Position numbers and translations under genes: made by a program
Shown: positions 17,157-26,861 of the stretch, piece by piece
Layout of the letters: each line of letters begins with the position of its first letter
Position numbering within the stretch: position 1 is the stretch's first letter
Assembly: GCF_965283995.1 (NCBI RefSeq)
Contig: NZ_CBDIQG010000001.1
Span: forward strand, 3,725,858-3,789,857
Source: Rheinheimera sp.
GTDB taxonomy: Bacteria; Pseudomonadota; Gammaproteobacteria; Enterobacterales; Alteromonadaceae
Length of the DNA stretch: 64,000 bases
Reading direction: 5' to 3'
Notes under the pieces: model-generated
Database searches by the model: none
What the model saw: only the letters and a program-made list of their open reading frames with translations
What the model was told of the DNA's origin: nothing

Positions 17157-17567
17157 CTAAAGCACCTTGCTCATAAAATATTTGGCGCCGCCGGCAAACG
17201 GATAGTCCTGCTGCGTCCACTCCACTTGATAGCCGTGTTTTTCGTAAAAAGGCCGCGCCTGAAAATCTAAAGTATCCAGCACCACATAACGGCAACCACG
17301 TTCGCGGGCGATCTGCTCGGCGCGGTTTAACAGTGCTGTCCCCTGGCCTTTGCCACGCAGTTCTGACGTGAGCCAAAACGATTCCAGATAAAACCAGTTG
17401 CCAAAAGTGCGGCCGGCTAAGGCGCCGAGTAAGGTGCCGTCGTCAGCATGGATAGCGAGGCCAAGTGGCTGGCGCAGGCTGGCGTCCCAGTGTAAGGCAT
17501 TGAATTCGGCGATTTTTTGTTTGGCGGTGTCGCCAAACTCAGGGTGATGTTGTTCAGTCAGCTGCAT
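17157..17567 (-). CDS. GNAT-family N-acetyltransferase
   Basis: 'RGKGQGTALLNRAEQIARERGCRYVVLDTLDFQARPFYEKHGYQ' (acetyl-CoA binding motif A region). Start at ATG 17567 ('MQLTEQ'). Confidence 0.8.
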   Translation of the reverse strand: MQLTEQHHPEFGDTAKQKIAEFNALHWDASLRQPLGLAIHADDGTLLGALAGRTFGNWFYLESFWLTSELRGKGQGTALLNRAEQIARERGCRYVVLDTLDFQARPFYEKHGYQVEWTQQDYPFAGGAKYFMSKVL

Positions 17568-17652
17568 TGATGCGACAATCCGCGCGGAAAAATATGCGGT
17601 TGTTATACGGGATTTCGTTTTCAGCGCCAAGCCAAACACGGGCAGTTAGCGG

Positions 17653-17698
17653 GTAGGTATCGGCAAGCGAAGCGCCGCCGTACATGAGTCGCCGTACA
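17653..17698. repeat. Half REP-like element (right arm only), copy C
   Basis: 'GTAGGTATCGGCAAGCGAAGCGCCGCCGTACatgagtCGCCGTACA'. This matches the right arm plus tail of copy D. Confidence 0.7.
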
Positions 17699-17738
17699 TT
17701 TCCACCATATAGGCAATAACTCAACAAGGACGCTCTCA

Positions 17739-19208
17739 TTGTTCAGCAAAATTTTATGGTTAAGCCTCGGTGGTGCGCTGGCCTACTGGCTTTGCACTGA
17801 ACTGGCAACGTTGTTGCTGTCCTGGCTGACACCTGCGCTGGGCGTAGTCGACGCTTTGTTATGGACTCAACTGACGCAGCTGGTGCTGCTGATTTTGCTG
17901 GCGTTTGGTTTGCTGCAACTGGCGCGCCGGCAAAAGGCGCTGCATACGCTGGCGGGCGCTGTGTTATTGCCGCTGGCGGTGGTGGTGAGCTGGAGCGGCA
18001 CTTTGTCGCTGTATCGCGCAGAACTGGATCTGGTGTTGACGCCGGCGCTGGCGCAGGCCAAAACGGTCGAGATGCAGCCCGCGCAGCAGCTACAACTGGC
18101 GCTGCAGTGGCAACAACAGCAAGCGCCTGCTGCGGCGCAGCTGTATGTAGAATTTGCCTCAGCGCGCAAACCTTATCTGACGCTGCATCTGCAACAACCC
18201 GGTAGCTGGACCTTGACCCGTCACTGGCTGCAACTTCCCACAGATCCTGCACAGAGCAGTCTCACCGCACTCGGTGAACCGCTGGAGCTGAAGCCCGGCA
18301 ATAGCCGGCACAGCATCGGTGAATTGTTTTTCTCGCTGCATTATCAGCTGGCGGGCTTGTTGAAACGCGCCGCCCAGCCGCTGCTGATTGGGCTGTCGAT
18401 TGCGGTGCTGGCGCTAACTTTTTCTGGCATGTATCTGCTCTGGCAGCGCTGGCGACAAGCCGGCAGGGCACAGCCATCTGGCCACTTATTCGGCCGCGGC
18501 CCGTTGCGTTGGCATTTAACAGGTGCGCTGCTGAGCCTGCCGTGGTTCATGTGGTTTTTTGGCTCGGCGCTGCTGACACAATACGGCAACTGGCAGCCTG
18601 ACCTCATCAAACAACACAGTGCGGCTTATTATCAGGCTCTGTTTCCACAGCCGCTGCCGGCTGCAAGCGTCCATGCCACGGCAACATCAGACCTGGCGCA
18701 GTTGCTGAACACGCCCGGCTGGCCGGTGGCCAAAGTGCAGCTGGATCTGACCACAGGGACATGGCTGTTGACAGAACAGCCGGCCTGGCCACAAACCGCG
18801 CCTTATCAGCTCAGACAACAAACATTAAATGCCAATTTACAGGTGCTGCCGCAGGCTGATTATTGGCAAAGTGCGCCCTGGTCGCTCAGAAATCTCGGTT
18901 ATGCTGCGCATCAAAGTCTGTACGCCGGACCTGGGTTACGCGCCTTGCTGGCCTTCGGCGGTGTGCTCGCCGTCCTGATGCTGTGCGGGGCGGCAGAATC
19001 TTATGGCCGCAAACAACGCTGGTGGTTATTTGCTGTGCTGCGCGCGCTGACCAGCGGCTTTGTGCTGGCCACGTTGTTGCTGATGTTGCTCAGTGCGGTG
19101 ATGCCACAATCCAGCACCGCCTTACTGACGCAGCTGGGCCTGTGCTGGGCATTTTGCGCCGTGGTGCTGATTGGCTGGACCTGCTGGCAGTACCGGTTGC
19201 AGCGCTAA
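17739..19208 (+). CDS. Multi-pass inner-membrane protein, PepSY-associated TM helix (PiuB-like) family
   Basis: 'GTLSLYRAELDLVLTP' and 'FFSLHYQLAG...LIGLSIAVLALTFSGMYLLWQRW' resemble the PepSY-TM signatures. Several TM helices are present. Confidence 0.55.
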   Translation: MFSKILWLSLGGALAYWLCTELATLLLSWLTPALGVVDALLWTQLTQLVLLILLAFGLLQLARRQKALHTLAGAVLLPLAVVVSWSGTLSLYRAELDLVLTPALAQAKTVEMQPAQQLQLALQWQQQQAPAAAQLYVEFASARKPYLTLHLQQPGSWTLTRHWLQLPTDPAQSSLTALGEPLELKPGNSRHSIGELFFSLHYQLAGLLKRAAQPLLIGLSIAVLALTFSGMYLLWQRWRQAGRAQPSGHLFGRGPLRWHLTGALLSLPWFMWFFGSALLTQYGNWQPDLIKQHSAAYYQALFPQPLPAASVHATATSDLAQLLNTPGWPVAKVQLDLTTGTWLLTEQPAWPQTAPYQLRQQTLNANLQVLPQADYWQSAPWSLRNLGYAAHQSLYAGPGLRALLAFGGVLAVLMLCGAAESYGRKQRWWLFAVLRALTSGFVLATLLLMLLSAVMPQSSTALLTQLGLCWAFCAVVLIGWTCWQYRLQR

Positions 19209-19357
19209 TATTTGAATCATAACTTTTGGTTATAGCTCCGCACTTTTTGATTCTTTTTATCTTGACCGAATTGTTTTAGTCTTACTCCCATCAAGAGATG
19301 TTCAGACGTCTGTATATCTGAAACTGCCGGAGCCTGGCGACCGGTGGTCAGTACTGA

Positions 19358-20467
19358 TTGCGGAGTAAACCGTTGCAATTATTCACTTTTCCCCTGCAGG
19401 TTAGCGCGAAACGGCGCCACTTGCAGCCATCAACGCGGGCCAGCGGAACGCTGAGATCTTGGCTGCGGTTGCCTGCGTTGTTGCTGCCAACCCTGTTTTT
19501 GCTTGCAGCGCCACAGCTGCAGGCCAACCCTCAGCAGCCAGCGCAAAAAGAAGTGCGGCTGCTGAACGTGTCTTATGACCCAACCCGCGAGTTTTACCGC
19601 GATATCAATCAACATTTTGCCAAAGTCTGGCTGGAAAAAACCGGCCAGAAGCTGATTGTCGAACAGTCGCATGGCGGCTCCGGTAGCCAGTCTCGTGCTG
19701 TGCTCGATGGCCTGCGCGCTGATGTGGTCACTTTAGCGCTGGCAGCGGACATCGACCCACTGGCGCGCGTTGGGAAGCTGATCGCGCCAGACTGGCAACA
19801 GCAGTTGCCGCATAACAGCGCGCCTTACAGTTCGACCATTGTGTTTTTGGTGCGCAAAGGCAATCCGCTGAAAATCCATGACTGGAATGATTTGGCGCGC
19901 GACAACATTGATGTGATCACGCCCAATCCGAAAACGTCCGGTGGCGCGCGCTGGAACTATCTGGCGGCCTGGGCTTATGGCCTGAAAAGCAGCGGCACCG
20001 AAGCTGGCGCCAAAGCCTTTGTACAAAAGTTATATCGCAATGTGCCGGTGCTCGACAGCGGTGCGCGGGCGTCGACCGGCACCTTTGCCCGCCGCGGTAT
20101 TGGCGATGTGTTATTAAGCTGGGAAAACGAAGCCTATCTGGCGGTGAAAGAACTGGGCGCTGATCAGTTTGAAATTGTGGTGCCGTCGATTTCGGTGCTG
20201 GCCGAGCCACCGGTTGCCGTGGTACAGAAAAACACCGAACGCAAAGGCACCACTGCGTTGGCGCAGGCTTACTTAGAGTTTTTATACACGCCAGCGGCGC
20301 AAAAGTTAGCGGCTGAGCACTATTTCCGGCCTATTCAGCCGGTGCCTGGCGTGCCGGCGCTGCCGCAGCTGGAGCTGAAAACCATCGCTGATTTTGGCGG
20401 CTGGGATTTAGTACAAAAGCAGCATTTTGGCGAAGACGGTATTTTTGATCAGATTTATGCGCGCTGA
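19358..20467 (+). CDS. cysP: Sulfate/thiosulfate ABC transporter periplasmic binding protein
   Basis: '[24 protein letters not shown]', '[33 protein letters not shown]' and '[20 protein letters not shown]'. The start is uncertain (TTG at 19358, no in-frame ATG before the signal peptide). Confidence 0.88.
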   Translation: MRSKPLQLFTFPLQVSAKRRHLQPSTRASGTLRSWLRLPALLLPTLFLLAAPQLQANPQQPAQKEVRLLNVSYDPTREFYRDINQHFAKVWLEKTGQKLIVEQSHGGSGSQSRAVLDGLRADVVTLALAADIDPLARVGKLIAPDWQQQLPHNSAPYSSTIVFLVRKGNPLKIHDWNDLARDNIDVITPNPKTSGGARWNYLAAWAYGLKSSGTEAGAKAFVQKLYRNVPVLDSGARASTGTFARRGIGDVLLSWENEAYLAVKELGADQFEIVVPSISVLAEPPVAVVQKNTERKGTTALAQAYLEFLYTPAAQKLAAEHYFRPIQPVPGVPALPQLELKTIADFGGWDLVQKQHFGEDGIFDQIYAR

Positions 20468-20498
20468 GCCTTGGCTGCCTGTGACATGAGGAACCGCT

Positions 20499-21341
20499 GT
20501 GTTATTTAAGAAATCATCGCAAAAACCGGTCTTACCGGGTTTTGGCCTCAGTATGGGCTTTACCACCTTTTACCTGAGTCTGCTGGTGTTCCTGCCATTG
20601 TCCGCGCTGGTGCTGAAAAGCTTTGAGCTGGACTGGGCCGGTTTTGTCAAAGTGGTCGCCAGCGAGCGCGCCATCGCCAGCTATCAGCTGACTTTTGGCA
20701 GCTCCTTTATTGCCGCACTGATCAACCTGGTGTTTGGTTTGTTGGTGGCCTGGGTGCTGGTGCGTTACAGCTTTCCGTTTAAGAAAATCATCGATGCGCT
20801 GGTCGATTTGCCGTTTGCGTTGCCGACGGCTGTGGCCGGCATTGCGCTGACTGCCATCTATGCGCCGAATGGCTGGATTGGGCAGTACTTTTATCAGTGG
20901 GGCATCAAAATCGCCTACACGCCGATTGGTGTCACACTGGCGCTGGTGTTTATCGGCCTGCCGTTTGTCGTGCGTACCGTGCAGCCGGTGCTGGAAGATT
21001 TAGAACAGGAACTGGAAGAAGCTGCGGCCAGTTTAGGCGCCAACCGCTTGCAGATTTTTTGCCGGGTGATTTTTCCGGCGCTGATCCCATCCTTGCTGAC
21101 TGGGTTTGCTTTGGCTTTCGCCCGCGCCATTGGCGAATACGGTTCTGTGGTGTTTATCAGCGGTAATATGCCATTTCGCACTGAGATCACGCCGCTGCTG
21201 ATTATGTCACGCCTGGAAGAATTTGATTATGCCGGCGCAGCCGCGCTTGGCACAGTGATGTTATTGATTTCGTTCATTTTGTTGTTATTGATTAATGCGT
21301 TGCAGCACTGGAGTCAGCAGCGGCACGGAGGTGGACGGTGA
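20499..21341 (+). CDS. cysT: Sulfate ABC transporter permease CysT(U)
   Basis: GTG start with GGAA upstream. Permease EAA-type loop '[23 protein letters not shown]'. Six TM helices. Confidence 0.9.
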   Translation: MLFKKSSQKPVLPGFGLSMGFTTFYLSLLVFLPLSALVLKSFELDWAGFVKVVASERAIASYQLTFGSSFIAALINLVFGLLVAWVLVRYSFPFKKIIDALVDLPFALPTAVAGIALTAIYAPNGWIGQYFYQWGIKIAYTPIGVTLALVFIGLPFVVRTVQPVLEDLEQELEEAAASLGANRLQIFCRVIFPALIPSLLTGFALAFARAIGEYGSVVFISGNMPFRTEITPLLIMSRLEEFDYAGAAALGTVMLLISFILLLLINALQHWSQQRHGGGR

Positions 21342-22216
21342 GTGCAGGTTCAGGTCAGTTCCAACCCAGACGCGCGACAACAGAACCACTGTGGCTGCGG
21401 GCTGTATTATTAACTTTTGCACTGGGGTTTCTGGCGTTATTTCTGCTGTTACCGCTGGTGATTGTTTTTGGCGAAGCTTTCAGCAAGGGCTGGCAAGTGT
21501 ATGTTGCCGCGGTGACTGAACCTGCGGCCGCCCATGCCATTAAGCTCACATTGATCGCGGCCGTGATTGCAGTGCCCTGTAATGCGATTTTCGGCCTCGC
21601 GGCAAGCTGGGCTATCGCCAAATTCCAATTCCGTGGCCGGCAGTTCCTGATCACCTTGATTGATTTGCCGATTGCGGTGTCGCCGGTCATTGCCGGCTTA
21701 AGCCTGATGCTGATTTTTGGTGCGCGTGGCTGGTGGGGCGAGTGGCTGAACGACCACGATTTACAAGTGATGTTCGCGGTGCCGGGTATTGTGCTGGCGA
21801 CCATCTTTATCACTTTTCCTTATGTGGCGCGCGAGCTGATCCCGATGATGCAACAGCAGGGCCGCGAAGCTGAAGAAGCAGCACTGACGTTAGGCGCAAG
21901 CGGCTGGCAGACCTTTATCCGCGTGACTTTGCCTTCAGTAAAATGGGCGCTGCTGTACGGCTTGATCCTGTGTAACGCGCGGGCTATGGGGGAATTTGGT
22001 GCTGTGTCTGTGGTGTCCGGCAAGATCCGCGAACAGACCAATACGATGCCGCTGCATATTGAAATTCTATACAACGAATATCAGTTTGCTGCTGCGTTCG
22101 CCGTGTCTTCACTGCTGGCGTTGTTAGCACTGCTCACGCTGGTGCTGAAAAGCAGTCTGGAATGGCGGGCTGCCAAGGATTTAGCCGAAGCCGAAGCGTG
22201 CCGCCGGCCTGAATAA
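21338..22216 (+). CDS. cysW: Sulfate ABC transporter permease CysW
   Basis: GTGA start/stop overlap with cysT. '[30 protein letters not shown]'. Confidence 0.9.
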   Translation: MSAGSGQFQPRRATTEPLWLRAVLLTFALGFLALFLLLPLVIVFGEAFSKGWQVYVAAVTEPAAAHAIKLTLIAAVIAVPCNAIFGLAASWAIAKFQFRGRQFLITLIDLPIAVSPVIAGLSLMLIFGARGWWGEWLNDHDLQVMFAVPGIVLATIFITFPYVARELIPMMQQQGREAEEAALTLGASGWQTFIRVTLPSVKWALLYGLILCNARAMGEFGAVSVVSGKIREQTNTMPLHIEILYNEYQFAAAFAVSSLLALLALLTLVLKSSLEWRAAKDLAEAEACRRPE

Positions 22217-22286
22217 GCGCGGACTTGCCGGGTCAGGCGCGCTCGCTATACTCATTTTTGGTGTATCCGCTGAGTGAGTAAGCGTT

Positions 22287-23108
22287 ATGAAGTTTGTTCT
22301 GCTGCTGGCTGGTCTGCTGCTGCCAGATTTACTGGTTCCAGCGGCGTTGGCGGCCACGCCACTGCAAGTGACCATGTTACTGGAGTTCAGTGAAAAAGGC
22401 GCAGAGGCCTTTCAGCTGCAACGACAGCAGTGGGACTTGTTGCGGGCATCTGCCGGTGACCAACTCGACGTCAAGTATGAACATGTCAGCCTGCAGCGCA
22501 GTCTGGATCTGGTACAACAAGACGGCTTTTGCAGTCTGAATAAACGTAAAACCCCACAACGTGAGCAGCATCTGCTGTTCTCCCGCTATCCGCTGAATAT
22601 CGGCGCATCACTGAAACTGATCCACCCGGCTTCCAAGCCATTGCCAGCAGAAGTTGATCTGGCCGATTGGCTGCTTAGTTCACCGCGCAGTAAAATCGGC
22701 ATTGCGGCAGGGCGCAGCTATGGCCCGGTGCTGGATGAACTGATCCAGCAGCACAGTGCGCGTTTTTATCAGCTTGCCGGTGAAGATGCCCATAGCAAAC
22801 TTTGGCAGATGCTGCAAAAAGGCCGGCTGGACGCGTTGATTGACTACAGTGCGCGCAGCAGTGTGTTGGCAGAGCATAGCGTGGCATTGCGGACCAGTGC
22901 GATCCGCGGTGAACCTGCACTGATCGCCGGCTATCTGGTGTGTAATCGTAGTCAGCAAGGACAAGAGCTGATCAACTTTTTTGACACTTTGCTGCAGCAA
23001 CCGGCTTTGCAGCAACAATTGCGGGCCAGTTATCAGCAATACTTCAGTGCGGATGAATGGCAATTGCTGCAAGATGATTTACAACAGCTGTTGCCGGCAC
23101 CGTTGTGA
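22287..23108 (+). CDS. Orphan periplasmic solute-binding-protein-like protein (family-3 SBP-like fold), paralog 1
   Basis: Signal peptide 'MKFVLLLAGLLLPDLLVPAALA'. Clearly similar by eye to the next gene ('TMLLEFSEKGAEAF' vs 'TILLEFSEQNAAAY'; 'YEHVSLQRS' vs 'FEHVSLQRS'). No adjacent permease or ATPase of its own. Confidence 0.55.
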   Translation: MKFVLLLAGLLLPDLLVPAALAATPLQVTMLLEFSEKGAEAFQLQRQQWDLLRASAGDQLDVKYEHVSLQRSLDLVQQDGFCSLNKRKTPQREQHLLFSRYPLNIGASLKLIHPASKPLPAEVDLADWLLSSPRSKIGIAAGRSYGPVLDELIQQHSARFYQLAGEDAHSKLWQMLQKGRLDALIDYSARSSVLAEHSVALRTSAIRGEPALIAGYLVCNRSQQGQELINFFDTLLQQPALQQQLRASYQQYFSADEWQLLQDDLQQLLPAPL

Positions 23109-23176
23109 GCCGATGCGATGACAGACTGTTCAAACCCTTCTGATTAAATGCCGGCACCTTCAGGGCAAGGAGTGAT

Positions 23177-24001
23177 ATGCGTTATTGGCTGGTACTTTTC
23201 GCCGCATTGTGCTGGCTGAGCCCATTACAGGCTGCGCCGCTGACCGTGACCATCTTGCTGGAATTCAGCGAACAAAATGCCGCCGCATACGCTCAGCAGA
23301 TGTTGCATTGGCGACTGTTGCAACGCCATGCCGGCGAGGCGCTGGATGTGCGGTTTGAACACGTTAGCCTGCAACGCAGTTTTAGTCAGGTGCAGCAAAG
23401 CGGATATTGTGCGATCAATAAAATGAAAACACTGGAGCGGGAAGCGCGGTTATTGTTCAGTGAAAAACCGCTGAATGTATCGCCATCTATCCGCTTGATC
23501 CGCAGCGGCGCAGCAACGCTGGAGCCCGGTATTGATGTGGCCGCCTGGCTGGATGACGCGCCGAAACGCCAAATCGGCGTGGCTGCCGGGCGCAGTTATG
23601 GTAAAGCGCTGGATGCAGTGATCCAAAGCCACGCCAAGCAGGTGTACACGGTAGCCGGTGAAGATGTGAACCTGAAGTTATGGCAAATGCTGCAAAAAGG
23701 CCGGGTGGATGCGGTGCTGGATTACGTGGTGCGGATTGAATATTTGCGTTGGTTACAACAAGACCAGACCCCTTACCACGCTACTGCGATCCTGGGTCAG
23801 CCTTTGATCCTCGAAGGTTTTATTGTCTGCAACCGCAGCGCACATGGCCAACAGCTGATGCAATATTTTGATCAGCTGATGGCCACCCCGGCATTACAAC
23901 AAGCCCTGTACCAGAGTTATCAGCAGTATTTCTCTGTTGCTGAATGGCAGCAGGCACGGCCGTATTTCCAGAAGACATTTCCGGCTGCGGTTTTGCAATA
24001 A
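23177..24001 (+). CDS. Orphan periplasmic solute-binding-protein-like protein, paralog 2
   Basis: Signal peptide 'MRYWLVLFAALCWLSPLQA'. Tandem paralog of 22287..23108. Confidence 0.55.
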   Translation: MRYWLVLFAALCWLSPLQAAPLTVTILLEFSEQNAAAYAQQMLHWRLLQRHAGEALDVRFEHVSLQRSFSQVQQSGYCAINKMKTLEREARLLFSEKPLNVSPSIRLIRSGAATLEPGIDVAAWLDDAPKRQIGVAAGRSYGKALDAVIQSHAKQVYTVAGEDVNLKLWQMLQKGRVDAVLDYVVRIEYLRWLQQDQTPYHATAILGQPLILEGFIVCNRSAHGQQLMQYFDQLMATPALQQALYQSYQQYFSVAEWQQARPYFQKTFPAAVLQ

Positions 24002-24018
24002 AGTATTGCGTTTCTTCG

Positions 24019-24046
24019 AGTAAGACAGCTGAAAAGCTGTCTTACT
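24019..24046. terminator. Hairpin between convergent genes (weak T-run)
   Basis: 'AGTAAGACAGC tgaaaa GCTGTCTTACT ttag'. Confidence 0.5.
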
Positions 24047-24065
24047 TTAGCGGTCTGACCGCAGC

Positions 24066-26690
24066 TTAATTGACCTGACGTCTGCGCCAGGCCAACGCAC
24101 TCAGCAAGATCAAACTGAAAAAGCCAGTACTGCCACCACCTGAACTTTCAGTTTTTGCCGGTTCAGATGTGGAACCACCGGTCGATGTGCTGGCACTTAC
24201 TTTAATACTGACTTGGGTCTTACTCTCGCCGCCGTTGCCATCGCTGACTTTAATTTCAAAGCTGTCATCCCCGCTTTGACTGGGCTGGTAGCTGAAACTG
24301 CCATCGTTATTGAGAGTAAGGAGTCCCAGTTTGGGCTGAGTCAGTGCGGTGAAACTAAGCTTATCACCGTCAACGTCAGTCGCTTTGAACTGGCCGCTGT
24401 ATTTTTCATTTTGGCTGACCGTAAACTGCAAAGCGTCGATCACAGGCAGGTCATTCAGCGGAGTGATGGTGATATTTACATCCTGTTCGGTCACATTGCC
24501 GACAGCATCTGTCGCTTTGACCCCGATGATATCATTGCCGTGGTAATTGGCTTTCGGTGCGTAGCTGATTTGATTACCAACAATACTGGCATTGCCCTGA
24601 GTGGCTGGTTTGGTGATCTGAAGCGCCAGCGTATCGTTTTCAGCATCGTTCAAAGCGATCAGTGATGATGAGTTACTGTCTTCTTTCACTGTGACATTGG
24701 TTGCAAAAGTTGGCGCAAAGTTTTGTTGATAGTGGAACAGACGACCGTCATTGCCGATGACACCGTACAAATCTCTCCCTTTCATGTTAAAAAGGCTTTC
24801 ACCAGTGGCTGCAGTTGGTATTTCTAATTGAGTTTCAAATTTTATTAGTGAATTGCTTAAATCGTAAATACAAAGAAAATTGCGGCGTGCCTTTAACTGA
24901 GTATTCGCTTCGTACATAACAACAAAGGCTTTGTCTTCACTAACGCTTAAGCCAGACACTTTTGCGGTTAGAGCGCAACCTGTCCCTGTCAATGATTCAG
25001 TTTCTATATATGAGTTGTTCTGCCAATTGTACTTTCTTAAGCTGTTGTTATAAGCAACAAAAAGAAAATTGTTATATGTAGCAAATTTTTGAGCATTTTG
25101 GATCTGCTGTGCTGTAATGGCATCAGATGCTTGGGCATGAAAATAGTTTAGCCTGCTATCCTGATCAATAAATATTATGTTGTCTAGGTGTGTCCCTGAT
25201 TGGTCTATTGTTAAACTATCGAGTCCTTTGTTTTGCTGCGTTTTTACTTTGCTCAGCGGGATTTCATTGTAGAAACCGCGTTTTTTGTCGACGCCATTAA
25301 TTTTTATGGTGTTGAAAGTTGATATGTAATAATCATCACTGTAAATGATTCGGCCTGGGACTTGTGACCCCTGTTCTGTTAATATATGACTGTCAGTCAA
25401 TGTGAAAGATCCATTAGAAAATGTATAAGTGCTTCTTTTGACGTTTGGATAGTAATACTCGAAGTGAGAAACTTTATCGCCATTAAAAAACGCTTTTTGG
25501 TGTTTATTTTGCAAGTTCAAATTCGTATTCATAACCCTGAGTAGCTCAGTTGTTTTCTTCGTTGAATCCGTAAACAGTACATAGGAATTTTCTGTTAAAC
25601 CAACCAGTTGTCCATCTAGCCAACCAAATTGACCTAAACCTGATTGCACGTCTGCTACATAGCTGATGCTAGAATTATCTGGGTCAAAGTAATACAGCGC
25701 GTTGTCAGCGATGTAAGAAAGATCATTTCCCATACTACTCACGTGGCTATTTGTTCGGAGTGAAATATTATCAGCGTTGAGGCAAGAAACTTTGTTAAGG
25801 CCTGAGATTCCAATTTGTGATAGGCATAATTTTTTTTCGGAATCATCGGTATGATAAAAATTTCCATTGAATACGGTAATTATTCCCCCACCATCAAAGG
25901 TGAATTTTTCTTCTATCTTATTATTCTTTAACTCCACCAATATTTGGTTGTAGATACTCTCTGTCGTTCGGGTGATGAATTTCGAATTACCTACGTAAGT
26001 AAGGCTTACATATTTTGATTCTATGTTTGTTGTACTGAACGTATTATTGTCGTCTAGCGTATGAATAACACTCTGCGTGCATGACTGGCAGTCTGGGCTG
26101 GTTCTGTCTCTCAGTATTATATAACTGTCATCCATAACTATTGTGGAATTCGCGCCGCCCGAGTTATATGTAAATGACTGTTTCAGTTTTGGCTCATCAG
26201 TAACTGTATATGCTTCTATGGTTACCTTTCCGGGTAAGGATGCTGCAATCCGTTCACTGACTCTCGTAGCAACTTTGTTCTTGTGAATAGCTGCCGAGTA
26301 CGAAAAACTTGCTGTAGCATTGACAGGTATACGTCCAATGACTTTTTCACCAATATCGTCAAGACGCATCAAGGTAATATGACTGGCGTGCTCTATCATC
26401 AGCAAGTCTTCACTGACTTTCAGAAAGCGAGCTTCTGAGTCTAACTGGATACGCTTGGTCTTTTTATGTTGTGATGGCTCTTTAAGATTATAAACATCTA
26501 TAAAAAATCCATTGGTGGAATATGCGGACTTTCCAAGTAGATACAGTCGGCCTTTGAAGATCACTCCTGAACCTGTTGTTGCACCAATCTCTTCTTTTTT
26601 TACATAGCTGTATTTAGCGGCTGCCACAACATTTTGAGTGAAGCACGTTGTAATCAACAAGAAAATTATCCCAATCCTATAAAACATCAT
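24066..26690 (-). CDS. Large secreted protein (874 aa): AT-rich N-terminal ~640-aa domain of unknown function (possibly beta-propeller-like), two cadherin/Ig-like domains and a GlyGly-CTERM tail
   Basis: Signal peptide 'MMFYRIGIIFLLITTCFTQNVVAA'. C-terminal 'NDLPVIDALQFTVSQNEKYSGQFKATDVDGDKLSFT...DGSFSYQP' is cadherin/VCBS-like. Tail 'SSGGGSTGFFSLILLSALAWRRRQVN'. Confidence 0.8.
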   Translation of the reverse strand: MMFYRIGIIFLLITTCFTQNVVAAAKYSYVKKEEIGATTGSGVIFKGRLYLLGKSAYSTNGFFIDVYNLKEPSQHKKTKRIQLDSEARFLKVSEDLLMIEHASHITLMRLDDIGEKVIGRIPVNATASFSYSAAIHKNKVATRVSERIAASLPGKVTIEAYTVTDEPKLKQSFTYNSGGANSTIVMDDSYIILRDRTSPDCQSCTQSVIHTLDDNNTFSTTNIESKYVSLTYVGNSKFITRTTESIYNQILVELKNNKIEEKFTFDGGGIITVFNGNFYHTDDSEKKLCLSQIGISGLNKVSCLNADNISLRTNSHVSSMGNDLSYIADNALYYFDPDNSSISYVADVQSGLGQFGWLDGQLVGLTENSYVLFTDSTKKTTELLRVMNTNLNLQNKHQKAFFNGDKVSHFEYYYPNVKRSTYTFSNGSFTLTDSHILTEQGSQVPGRIIYSDDYYISTFNTIKINGVDKKRGFYNEIPLSKVKTQQNKGLDSLTIDQSGTHLDNIIFIDQDSRLNYFHAQASDAITAQQIQNAQKFATYNNFLFVAYNNSLRKYNWQNNSYIETESLTGTGCALTAKVSGLSVSEDKAFVVMYEANTQLKARRNFLCIYDLSNSLIKFETQLEIPTAATGESLFNMKGRDLYGVIGNDGRLFHYQQNFAPTFATNVTVKEDSNSSSLIALNDAENDTLALQITKPATQGNASIVGNQISYAPKANYHGNDIIGVKATDAVGNVTEQDVNITITPLNDLPVIDALQFTVSQNEKYSGQFKATDVDGDKLSFTALTQPKLGLLTLNNDGSFSYQPSQSGDDSFEIKVSDGNGGESKTQVSIKVSASTSTGGSTSEPAKTESSGGGSTGFFSLILLSALAWRRRQVN

Positions 26691-26744
26691 TAACTCCTTA
26701 TGAAATATATTTACATCATAACCTGAGTTAAATGAATAATGGAA

Positions 26745-26774
26745 TAAGCTGCCCGTATCTGGTAGGGCAGCTTA
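26745..26774 (-). terminator. Candidate terminator downstream of the CoA-transferase gene
   Basis: 'TAAGCTGCCC gtatctggta GGGCAGCTTA', followed on the minus strand by a T-rich tract. Confidence 0.45.
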
Positions 26775-26861
26775 AGCTACTTGGTAGGACGGAATGTGGG
26801 TGATACTTTTGATGAAAACAAGGGAGTCACGACGGCCGTAGGCCGATCCACACAGTGATTT

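Noticed and set aside
17743-18252. Several 60-170-aa ORFs on both strands inside the PepSY-TM-like gene (17743..18252, 17861..18205, 17867..18169 and others)
   Set aside because: These are GC-rich shadow frames with Ala/Arg/Pro-rich nonsense-like products. The + frame at 17739..19208 has coherent TM-helix periodicity.
24002-26861. Calling the AT-rich 24.8-26.7 kb region a mobile genomic island
   Set aside because: No integrase, transposase, tRNA target or flanking direct repeats are visible. The compositional anomaly is confined to part of one gene, so it is reported only as a chimeric gene.
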